Assembly (NCBI RefSeq): GCF_009914755.1
Contig: NC_060925.1
From: the human T2T-CHM13v2.0 reference genome, Homo sapiens
Direction: 5' to 3' (one strand)
DNA length: 64,000 nt
Of the stretch, positions 47,427-64,000 are shown piece by piece; positions within the stretch are counted from its first letter, which is position 1, and every line of letters starts with the position of its first letter. Below the pieces are notes generated by a model. It saw only the letters and a program-made list of their open reading frames with translations. It was not told where the DNA came from and did no database searches. The translations under genes were made by a program, and so were the position numbers.

Positions 47427-47912
47427 GCTCTTGTATGTCTAATTCAGAAATGAAAACATTATTCCAGATATGATTTGACTAAATTTGACTAAATCTATAT
47501 ATAACTTTTATCAAGGCTAGTTGTTTCTTAGATAAATATTTCATCCAGGAAAATGTCTTAATTTTGATCATTTTGCTTAGGTTATATCTTTAATAATAAT
47601 GTGTACATTTCTGGGTTAGACACTTAAGATAAATATTGACCTACAGAGTCAGGTTCAGATGCGGGTAATCACGACGGCAAAAGGCCTGGATAACATTTTT
47701 TATTTTTAATAAATACACACGGGATTATTTAAGGATAGAGAGGCAAAGGAGCATAATGTATGCAACTTACTCTCAAATGACTCAGAAATATATATACATA
47801 TATATACACATATACATATACATATATAAAATCAGAAGCCTCAAAGATAGGACCTCCCAGCAAGATTTTAAACTGAATCTAGAAAGACAAAAACCTCAGA
47901 GTAAAGGAAGCC

Positions 47913-48032
47913 TTTCTTTCTTTTTTTTTTTACGTTAGATATTTCTCCTAATGCTATCCCTTTCCCAGCCCCCCATCCCCAACAGGCCCCAGTGTGTGAT
48001 ATTTCCCTCCCTGTGTCCATATGTTCTCATTG
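47913..48032 (-). mobile_element. L1PA 3' UTR terminal fragment with poly(A)
   Basis: Poly-T then tacgttagatatttctcctaatgctatccc...gttctcattg. Confidence 0.9.
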
Positions 48033-48443
48033 TAGTTCTCTTGCTATTTCTGTCACATCTGTACTTCCTCCACTGAAGTCCTGAACCCCTCAAAGTCATG
48101 CATGAGGGTTGGAATCAACTTCTTCCAAACTCCTGTTAATCTTCATATGTTACCTTTTCCCATGAATCACATTCTTAATGCATGTTGAATGGTGACTCCT
48201 ATTCAGATGGTTTTCAACTGCCCAGATCTATCAGAGGAATTACTATGTATGGCGGCTAAAGCCCTATGAAATTTATTTCTTAAATAATAAAACTCAAAAA
48301 TCAAAATGACTCCTTGATTCATGGGCTGTAGAATGAATGCTGCATTAAGAGGCATGAAAGTGACATTCATCTCCTATACATCTTCATCAAGCTCTTGGGT
48401 GATCAGATGCATTGTCAATGAACAGTAATAATTTTAAACAAAT
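48033..48443 (-). mobile_element. Tigger1 internal fragment
   Basis: Same orientation as and homologous to 18922-19330 (gtcatgcatgagggttggaatc...cttgggtgatcagatgcattg). Confidence 0.9.
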
Positions 48444-48604
48444 CAGAAGTAGCTTGGAATCTTCATTGAAGACTATCCATGGCATTTTCTTTGGCATAAC
48501 AACATAGAAAGTCACTGTGGTGCTTTGCAGTAATCTTCTCAAGTCACTCACTGGTTATGTCTTGTGTATTCTCAGAAAATTCCTATGACCTTTCACTTCT
48601 GTGG

Positions 48605-48800
48605 ACTGCTAATCACTGCTATTTATTGAGCATATACTATGCCCTAATTTCCATGTTAAGCCATGGCTTAGGTATCACAAAACCCCCAATGAGGTAGATG
48701 TTCCTGCTGTTTCCATTTCAGGGATGAAAAAAGTGAAGTTTAGAGAGCCCTTTGCCCATTCTCCTGCAACTTCTACATGGCAGAACCAGGATATGAGACC
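48605..48800 (-). mobile_element. MIR
   Basis: atttattgagcatatactatg...ccatttcagggatgaaaaaagtgaagtttagagag. Confidence 0.7.
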
Positions 48801-49064
48801 TTGTCTCCTGTCCAAACTCTTGGGCTTGATTTCAAAAAGTCCTCTACAATTTATTCAAAATGCAGCATACTGCCTGGCATGTAGTAGTTGCTCAGTATAT
48901 ATTTATTGATGAATGAATGAATGCCTTTACATTCTTTTAGTTTATATAACTATTGGAGGCTCTATTCATATAGTCCATTTTGATTCTGACAGTCATACAT
49001 CCCCCTCTTGATACTACTTGTGTTTTAATTTATATTATTATTTACACTGTGTATTGTTATTTAT

Positions 49065-49475
49065 GGTATTAGTCCATTTGTGTTACTATAAAGGAATGCC
49101 TGACACTGGGTAATTTATAAAGAAAAGAGGTTCAATTGGCCTGCAGGATGCAGAGTGTACAGGAAGCATGGTGTCAACATCTGCTTCTGGTTAGGCCTCA
49201 GGAAGCTTATAATTGCGGTGGAAGGTGAAGGGGGAGCAGACACATCACATGGTGAAAGCAGGAGCAAGAGAGTGATGTGGGGGGAGATCCCAGACTTTTA
49301 AATAACCAGATCTTGTGTGAACTGAGTAAGAACTCACTTATCATAAAGCGGATGGTGCTAAACCTTTCAAGAGGATTTGCCCTCACGATCCAATTATCTC
49401 CCACCAGGCCCCACCTCCACTGTGAATTGCATTTTAACATGAGATTTGGAGGGGACAAACACCTAAACCACATCA
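49065..49475 (-). mobile_element. MST (MSTA/B) solo LTR
   Basis: gtattagtccattt...aaaccacatca with TSD TTTA(T/C). Confidence 0.88.
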
Positions 49476-49611
49476 TTTACTGTCTCATTTAAAACATTTA
49501 TTCCACCAGATGGTAATGTCTTTGAGGAATACATAGTTTCTGTAATTCCTTGAATCACAAACCCAGTGCCTTGCTCATTTCAAGATTATTTGACTCAGGT
49601 TGGTCTCACCC

Positions 49612-50046
49612 TGATATAGTTTGGATCTACATCTCCACACAAACCTCATGTTCAGTTGTAATCCTTAATGCTGAAGGTGGGGCCTGGCAGGAGGTGATTG
49701 GATTATAGGTGCAAAGTTCTCATATGAATGGATTACACCATCCTCTCCGTGCTGTTCTCATGATAGTGAGTGAGTTATCATGAGAACTGGTTGTTTAAAA
49801 GTGTGTAGCACCTTTCCCTGCCTCGCTCTTCCTTCTGCTCCAGCCATGTAAGATGCACCTGCTTCTCCTTCACCATCCACCATGATTGTAAGTTTCCTGA
49901 AGTCTCCTCAGAAGCAGAAACCACTATGCTCTTTGTACAGCCTGCAGAACCATGAGCCAATTAAACCTCTTTTTATTTTATTTTTTTAAAATAAACTACC
50001 CAGTCTCAAGCGTTTCTTTATAGAAATGTGAGAATGGCCTAATACA
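49612..50046 (+). mobile_element. MST (MSTA-like) solo LTR
   Basis: TGATATAGTTTGGATC...ggcctaataCA with TSD (C/T)ACCC. Confidence 0.9.
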
Positions 50047-50204
50047 TACCCTTTGACCTCTATGCTGCATGATGGTAAGAATCATGTTTATTTTTGCTGA
50101 ATATTAAATTCTTAGGGCTGAACACAGGAGATAAACCCATAACAGAAGCTCAAAATATTAATATTAATGTTGTATTCTAAACTATTAGACAATGCATTAG
50201 CTTT

Positions 50205-50360
50205 TGACAGAACGTGGTTCTGCTCCTTAAAAGCAATATGATCCTGGACAAGATAATTAACCTCTATGAACTCAGTTTCCTCATGTGTAAAATGAAATAA
50301 TAACAATACCACCTACACAGGATTGTTGTAAACACTCAGCAGTTAGGATGAGCTTGATAG
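50205..50360 (+). mobile_element. MIR
   Basis: ttaacctctatgaactcagtttcctcatgtgtaaaatg. Confidence 0.8.
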
Positions 50361-51389
50361 ATGTTTTGGTTGAAAGGTATACAGAATACAAATTCACTGT
50401 TGCTGAGGATTATTTTATGATCTAGAAAATTCGCTTAGAGTAACATAAAAGTGTGCTTCTTCTAGAGAAGTCCTAGAACACCATCAGTCAAAGCATCCTA
50501 GGCCAAACACTAGGAGGATTCTGCAAGGCCTTCCATACAGCCTTCTGCCTCCATGCTCTCTAATCTAGAATTTCCCAATAGGCCAAATACAAGCAATGTT
50601 TAGGATGTTTATGGCTGTTGCATGTAAAAAAGATTTTGTAGTAAAGAAAAAACATGGAAGAGCTCAATGAAAAAGTTGTGTTCTGTAAGTAGTACTTCTC
50701 ATATCTTTTAGTATGGCATGATTATGGTATAATTGCAACATTTGGCATTCTGACCACCAAATTCTTTTTTTTCTTCTGTCCTATAGGATTGATAATGTGT
50801 TCCTCAGATCCTCAGACCATTCTTGAGAAAATCTAGAATGTCTAGTTTCTAGTCTTGTGCCAAAGTACTGTAAAAGTAACCAATTCCAGTGAACAAGATG
50901 TTCTTTAGAATATAGAAGACTGGGTTAGAATAGATTTATGTATAAGTGTAATAGAAAGAGATTTCTCAAATTAGTACTTCATGAGAATGATAGATACTGA
51001 AATAATGAATGACAAACCTACCTGATGCTTAGAGAATAAGGCAAATAAAGCCATGGTTTTTGAACTTGCCTTAATCATCCTACAAACCTCAAGGCTCAAA
51101 CCACACCTCCCACTAAGTGTAAAAGTTTTAGTTTGTACACAGGAGAGAAACTGAAAGGTTGTTTTCATTCTAAACACATTCCTCTTAGAGGAGAAATTTC
51201 AGAAATTTAAATATAGCAGCAGGAAAAACCTTCAAGTGGAACTAAGTATAAATAAATCAAAATATATTGTCCTTCACTGCATACTCAAGGTATTTTATTT
51301 GTGACTCTTTGTAGGAGTCAGAAAATGGTAAGACTCCTATTCATTAGAGATCATGCTATGCTGCATCTTGAGGACTGGTTACCATTTTC

Positions 51390-51519
51390 TTTCTTTTTTT
51401 TTTATTATACTTTAAGTTTTAAGTTCTAGGGTACATGTGCACAACGTGCAGGTTTGTTACTTATGTATACATGTGCCATGTTGGTGTGCTGCACCCATTA
51501 ACTTGTCATTTACATTAGG
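51390..51519 (-). mobile_element. Short L1PA 3' end
   Basis: Poly-T then attatactttaag...tacattagg; TSD TACCATTTTC. Confidence 0.93.
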
Positions 51520-52607
51520 TACCATTTTCAAAGCTTTTAGATTCTTTCATGAATCAGAGAAACAGCTTCTATTCTCACATTGTGTCATGGCTGTGAATAC
51601 CTGTTGGAAGCTTTAGATAATGCTTGGTAGATATTTCCCCAAGTAAACATACTTTATTATTGTAGTTTACTTTTTAATGATTTCCAAGAGCTGATGTTGA
51701 AAAGTTGAGCTATCCCCAAAATGTTTTGGTTGGACTGTCAATATGCTAATCTGATATAGTAGCAACTGTGATCCCAATAGTAATATCCCCTTTTCCTTTA
51801 TATTTTTGTCTTTCATTTTCTTGTTTTAAGAAAAAAAAAATCCTCAACTTCGGAATAAATCTTTTCCTCCTTAGGCAGAACTCATTAAATTTTCTCTTTT
51901 AGGAAACAGGGCTTGGGAGGATCTTCTGTGACACTATCAACACACATTTTTCAATTACATATGTACCATAGAAAGGTAATGTTCTCTATCATAGAAGGTT
52001 CTACCAGCTATTTCAAAACATTTTCATATTTACTTATAAAATAGTCAAAACCAAGGGAATTTTCTTCTCAAGGCCTACTTTTTCTACCATTGGGAACATT
52101 ACTTGGGGGCTTACCATATGTCTGAATTTACAATAACTATCTAACTATCTTAACCCCTTTTACAGATGAAAAAAACAGAAGAGCCAGGATGTCACCCAGG
52201 CAGTGACCCTCAGAGCCTGGGTTCCTTATTATCACCTTGTAGGTGAGCAAGCCTGTGCTAAGTGCTCCAATAGAGTCTAAGAGAATTATTAGGAACACAC
52301 ATGAGATCCTCCACTGTGTCCTCTCTGCCCACCTTTTTAATCCTTTCCATAACCCTCAACCCTTGTCTGTAAAGTAAAAACACCCCTTCCCCCCTTTTAG
52401 TGGTTGCAAATAAATACCAGGGTAAGGTAAGGTACAGAATTGAGGATGAGGCACATAAGTAATATCTGTCAGTATTTATCACCTTTGAACCCCAGCAAAC
52501 CAGCCCAAAATGCCTGGTTAATGGTGTAATACAGATTAGCATCTGACTCTGTCTCCCAAGGGACTTTGCCAAAGCCCTAAAGGACGGAGCTGTTAACATG
52601 AAGTTTT

Positions 52608-52909
<302 letters not shown>

Positions 52910-52912
52910 TTA

Positions 52913-53724
52913 CTTCTCAAAAGAAGATATTTATGCAGCCAAAAAACACATGAAAAAATGCTTATCATCACTGGCCATCAGAGAAATGCAAATCAAAACC
53001 ACAATGAGATACCATCTCACACCAGTTAGAATGGTGATCATTAAAAAGTCAGGAAACAACAGGTGCTGGAGAGGATGTGGAGAAATAGGAACACTTTTAC
53101 ACTGTTGGTGGGACTGTAAACTAGTTCAACCATTGTGGAACTCGGTGTGGCAATTCCTCAGGGATCTAGAACTAGAAATACCATTTGACCCAGCCATCCC
53201 ATTACTGGGTATATACCCAAAGGATTATAAATCATGCTGCTATAAAGACACATGTATGTTTATTGCGGCACTATTCACAATAGCAAAGACTTGGAACCAA
53301 CCCAAATGTCCAACAATGATAAAGTGGATTAAGAAAATGTGGCACATATAAACCATGGAATACTATGCAGCCATAAAAAAGGATGAGTTCATGTCCTTTG
53401 TAAGGACATGGACGAAGCTGGACACCATCATTCTCAGCAATCTATCGCAAGGACAAAAAGCCAAACACCGCATGTTTTCACTCATAGGTGGGAATTGAAC
53501 AGTGAGAACACATGGACACAGGAAGGGGAACATTACACACTGGGGACTGTTGTGGGGTAGGGGGAGTGGGGAGGGATAGCATTAGGAGATATACCTAATG
53601 CTAAATGACGAGTTAATAGGTGCAGCACACCAACATGGCACATGTATACGTATGTAACAAACCTGCATGTTGTGCACATGTACCCTAAAATTTAAAGTAT
53701 AGTAATAATAAAAAAAAGAAAAAG
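52913..53724 (+). mobile_element. 5'-truncated young L1PA (~0.8 kb)
   Basis: ORF 52950-53351 is the ORF2 C-terminal Cys-rich region, followed by 3' UTR and A-tail. TSD AAAAAAAAGTGTTA. Confidence 0.96.
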
Positions 53725-53733
53725 AAAAAAAAG

Positions 53734-54120
53734 TGTTAAAGCAAAATCAGCAGGAGGCCATTAGCATACGATTGCTTCTGTACCTGGAACTTTCACCCAA
53801 GCAACCCAAAACTTCACTTAGAGGCATTCCTTACAGTTGATTAATTTTGAATCAAGCTTTAGCCAATCACAAACAACCAATTAGCAGGTTGGTTGTATAA
53901 CTAGAGGCCTTTATCAAATCATACCCGTATAAGACAAACACCTAGCTGTAGCCAATCAAGTAATCCCTTTGCTTCCGTGTCCAGTTCATAAAAGCTCACT
54001 GCTCATGCCGCTGGAGCAAAGCTCTCTGAATATCTTCCTGCTTTCAGCGCTGCCCAGTTAATTTGTTATTTGCTCAAATAAGCCCTGTTAAATGTACTGC
54101 CTAAAGTTTTTCTTTTAATA
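53734..54120 (+). mobile_element. ERV1 solo LTR (MER57/MER93-like)
   Basis: TGTTAAAGC start, repeated CCAAT boxes (agccaatcac, agccaatcaag) and end ctaaagtttttcttttaata. Confidence 0.7.
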
Positions 54121-54737
54121 GAAGTTAAAACTTAAATAAAATGAAATAATATGAAATATGCCCCATTAAGTATTTCGTTAGAAAATGAGTGACTATGTGG
54201 AGCGGGCAATAGGATGCAACATTAGGGGGTTTCCTCCAGCTTTGCCCAGTGATGGTGGGAATGGAAGAGGACTGAGGCAGGGGCCATTATCATGGTTTCC
54301 GGCAACCTCTTGAGAATGGGAGCAGCAAGGGAAGGGGTATCAGTCATGGTCATTTGAGTGTCTTTAGAGATGCCCCAAGAAACTCCCAGATCAAGAAGAT
54401 CTAGATCTGGTGCTAGGTTTCCAGTAAACTTGGAGGTGGAGTTTGTCACTGTCACTGGGCCTTTTTTGTATCCTGTAGGCCAATATGTTTTGGGGAGTTT
54501 CGGGTCATGCAATCTGATGTTTATAGATCTGTTTGTAAAAAACTTAACATAAGAGGTTCTAAACTCTCAATATGCCAGTGCTGTGATTATTGAGCTGTTT
54601 GATCTAAAAAGGGGTCTGCCTTTATTTAGGAACAAAAAAAATCTAACAGGATGCTGTTGTTCATTTTCATACTCTGATTTCTATTTTCAAGACATATTTT
54701 TTTATTTTCTTATGTCTTATACTCCATTCTGGCAGAC

Positions 54738-54738
54738 T

Positions 54739-54777
<39 letters not shown>

Positions 54778-54781
54778 TTTT
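54738..54781. repeat. (TTTA)n microsatellite
   Basis: Direct read. Confidence 0.95.
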
Positions 54782-56426
54782 CAGGTAGCTGTTTAATTAT
54801 CCCCATTTCACAGATGATAACCGGAGCCTAGAGGGAAAAGAAACAGAGCAACGGTTAACATATAGGGCTAGTTGCATTACCTAAAAATAATTCAGGTTTA
54901 CTTGTCATTTCAGTTAAATAACAGAGAATCAAATCGGCTCATTCCACTGCTGATGTGGCAATGATGGCAATGATGGCTATGAACAATGAGGATTCCCAGT
55001 TCTGACCCACTTATTCCATAAGGGCTCAGCCAGCCTGCAGGTGACACCTGGGTAAATGTGGAGCCCACACACACAACACATTTCTAGACAGAAGAGCTGA
55101 CATCTTCAATCTGAAATTCTCATCTAGTGGGCATTAAAAACCCTATATGAGTCCCATAATATTTGATATGAACAAATAGTTAAGTGGGTTAAAGTCTGTA
55201 TCTACCTACATGAACCAGAAGGAAGACTCAAAACAGAAAAAAAAATCTGGTTTCTGAACCAGTAATGCCTTCTTTGTTGAAATTCTCTAGAATTATCATA
55301 TTATCTCCTGCAACTCTTAACCAGAAGAGCAAATGTTCTCTCTCTACCAGGAAATGAATTAACTGTCATAATGTCTTGAAACAGATTTAATATAGTTCCT
55401 GATGGTCATGTGAATAATAATTTCCTTTCACTATCGAGAAAAACGAAAACTGACTAGAGTACATTAGGTGTCTATTAAATGGATCATTATAAACTTGATT
55501 TCTTAATATGTCTGTATTTATATAAGGACTCAGAAATTATTCTAGTTCAATGGTAGACATCTGCTAATTAATAAAAAATTTTAAAATTTAAATGTATGTC
55601 CATGTTTTCAGGTTGAATAAGAAAGAACCGTGCTTAGTTATATAAACAAATCTTGGTTAACTGAACTGAATTTGAGTGAATAATTATGAATAATATACAT
55701 TTTTGTTTTTCTAATTAAATGTGTCCCCTCAATTAAAATATGTTTACGTAATTGCCTTTCCCAGTTTTGAATTCAATGGCAGAGATGAATTTTTTATCAG
55801 ACATCACTACGCAGTCATCACCATCAAAAAAGTCAATATGAACCTCTACTGCTAGGCAAATGCTGTTTGGTTCAATCAGGTTGGTCTCCTTTCTGCTCCT
55901 TAGCCACACTACACTCTGCCTCCTTATGTTTACCTAATGTGGAAGGCCTTTTCCAGTTTTGCCCACATCCTCTGAGGCCTTGCTTAGGATATCTATGTGT
56001 TTTGATAATTTCCTTCTCCAAATCCTTCCAAGTTTGCCTGCAGTACCCAATCAGAATCTTAATATATGCTATCTTGTTCTCTACATGACTCTGTTATGTA
56101 CTTTTATACAAGCAGTAGTGGATACACACGTACTGTTGTGTACTTCTAAAAGAAGTAATGGATATTAGTTTGTTCATGACTTATTTCCTTAATGTATAAC
56201 TTATTTTTCACATAAATTATTTCCTCAATTATATTATAATCCTCTAGAGAGTAAGCTGTATAACTCAGTTTAATTATTTTGTATTTCTTCACACCTAGTG
56301 GATGGCTGGTGTCTGTCAGAGTTGCTTAATAATTTCTTGGGCATTGGTTGCAGTTTAATATTTTTCCAGAATAGCTTTTAATTAATCTGTGGGGAGTTTC
56401 ATTCATAGGCTAATTTAGCTAATTTA

Positions 56427-57039
<613 letters not shown>

Positions 57040-57607
57040 TAATTTAGCTGATTTAATAAATTTACAAAATTAAAAGATGTCATGCAAGACATTTCTCTCT
57101 ATTAAATATAAAAGACTACATTTTAAAAGAGTCTTATTTCAGATTTTTTAACTCAGTTACTTAGTAGTTACTCTAAGTAAACACTCTTCTTTGTAGCAGG
57201 CTAGAGAGTGTATGCAGTGGTGATTCCTTCTTTCTATCTCTTTTTCATTCGGCTTAGGGGGTTTGTTAAGACCTAAAATGTATGGTTGTTAAAGAACTTT
57301 GCAATTCTCTAAACATTTTTATTATAGTTATTTTTTCCTAATTATAATGTAGAACATGCTTGATGCAGAAAACTTGAAGCATCTAGAAAAGCAGAAAGGC
57401 AAACAAAGCAAAAGAATCACCCATAATCTTCTTGGTCTCTTCACTAATATCTTGGGTATTTTGGCCCTTACAGTACATTTTCTAGAGTGAGAATGAATCC
57501 AGAATGCTTTTGAAGCCTGAACTTTTACATTTTGGGGGACTTTCTTTAAGAAAAATAGTATAAAATTATAAATGCAAAATTGAATTTGAACATGAATATT
57601 TATATAG

Positions 57608-58011
<404 letters not shown>

Positions 58012-58609
58012 ATGTTAACTCTTTTATTGCTTGACACTCCTCTCCCACCCCTACATTTTGGATTGAATACTCATTGGTGACCTCTTTGAAAGGCAATTAT
58101 TTTATAATAGCATTTTCTACGGAGACTAGAAAGAGAATGAAAAGAATAATTCAGTCTTCTCCCTCACATGGGTGATCAAAATTAATATTTGTATTATTGC
58201 TAGTTTGGAAGAGTTCTTTTTTAATAAAAAAATCACACACCTTATTGGTATTACTTCATCTGTAACTTCTTCAGTTACAGATGTGGGGAGGGGTGGGCGT
58301 TTCTGGCTAGGATGCAAGCCCTTTTCCCACAAAGGTGTCTAGTCTAGAGGGGATGAAGTGGCCATGCAGTCGGGGTTGAGTGGCCCTCTGAACCAGAAAC
58401 TGGACAGTGACTCATTTCCATCTCTCTCCTTGGGGGACAAATATAGGGTCTAAGTACTGCATAACATTTTCCAGGGGTGGGTTCTTGCTGGGCCTGGTGG
58501 CTGTGGAGGTAGGTCTGGCAGATGGCAGACTCTTGAACCCAAAGAAAAACACCAAAATGGAGAAGATGATCTCTAGTCTGGGGCACCCTGAAGCTGAAAT
58601 TTTTCCTAT

Positions 58610-62801
<4,192 letters not shown>

Positions 62802-63159
62802 CTATCTGCTTGAAAGAGGTCATGGCCCACCTTGGAAAAAGTGGCATAAAGAAGGGAACCAGATCCAAAGTGTGGTGACTTTTAGTCAGTCCACCCTGTT
62901 CTTATATTTTAAAAAATAGTATTTGAATGACCAGCTTTTTTTCATTTATCAGTATATTGTAATTTTTTTGTGCTAAAAATACTTTTCTACAACATAATGT
63001 TTAATGGATGTTCAGTATTCATCATGTAAAAATGTACCAGAATTTTCTTATCTTTTATTACTGAATGTTTTAGTGGTTTTCCAATTTTTTAATATTGTAA
63101 ACAATACTACATCTAACATTCCCATGCACATGTCTGAAGCCATCTATCAGGCTGAGTTA

Positions 63160-63633
63160 TTCTTTTTTTTTAAATTATACTTTAAGTTCTAGGGTGCATG
63201 TGCACAACGTGCAAGTTTGTTACATATGTATACATGTGCCGTGTTGGTTTGCTGCACCCATTAACTCGTCATTTACATTAGGCATTTCTCCTAATGTTAT
63301 CCATTCTCCATCCTCCCACCCCACAACAGGCCCCAGTGGGTGATGTTCTCCTACCTGTGTCCAAGTGTTCTCGTTCAATTCCCACCTATGAGTGAGAGCA
63401 TGCGGTGTTTGGTTTTCTGTCCTTGTAATAGTTTGCTAAGAATGATGGTTTCCAGCTTCATCCATGTCCCTACAAAGGACATGAAATTATCCTTTTTATG
63501 GCTGCATAGTATTCCATGGTGTATATGTGCCACATTTTCTTAATCCAGTCTATCATTGATGGACATTTGGGTTGGTTCCAAGTCTTTGCTATCATGAATA
63601 GTGCCACAATAGACATACTTGTGCATGTGTCTT
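63160..63633 (-). mobile_element. L1PA 3' fragment inserted into an older L1ME
   Basis: ttatactttaagttctagggtgcatgtgc...gtgcatgtgtcttt, flanked by degenerate L1M sequence. Confidence 0.92.
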
Positions 63634-64000
63634 TCTTAGGATAAATTTCTAGAAATGCCATTGTTGGGTGAAAATGTGTGAAGAGTTTTTTCAAGGCTTT
63701 GATAGATACATTAAGACTTGATACATTATAGAGCTATTTTGCAAAAATATTGTAACAATGCATCTATCTTACCAATGACAGTGTAAGAGAGTAAGACTTT
63801 GCATTCACATATCTCGAATGGAAAGCATTATAAGTTCAGAGTATTATTCAGCACGCCAGAGAGAGCCATTGAGGAACAGCAGACTGTTTTGAGAGAGATG
63901 TGTAGGTAGAAGGCACATCTGCCTGATAGGTTTGTCAGAATAAGGCCTTGTAGTGATAGCCTATGTAAACAACTTCCCAAAAGCTTTTTACTGATGTCAA

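Overview
Primate (human-like) genomic DNA made up mostly of interspersed repeats. It carries two long L1PA elements (1-5295 minus; 58956-62594 plus), an older near-full-length L1 (37088-42964), many short L1PA/L1M fragments, about 14 Alus, several solo LTRs (LTR1, LTR8-like, THE1, MST, MLT1, MER39-like, MER57-like, MER4-group), a full-length Tigger1, MER1A, MER5A, a piggyBac-derived MER85 and MIR/L2 relics. No intact protein-coding gene is recognisable. The longer ORFs I can assign are decayed L1 ORF1/ORF2, Tigger1 transposase or Alu/LTR-derived frames; the rest I cannot assign. I found no evidence of a new biological system. The best non-trivial observations are structural: (1) two separate L1 3' transductions, each bracketed by TSDs and carrying its own poly(A) signal; (2) a cryptic ~0.9 kb inversion (47140-48032) that split both an L1 3' UTR and a Tigger1; (3) a 147-bp patch built from two nearby templates, one inverted, joined by microhomology; (4) candidate exons, including a possible minus-strand terminal exon, in the unique island at ~21-27 kb. 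Repeat subfamily names come from remembered consensus sequences and need RepeatMasker/Dfam confirmation.
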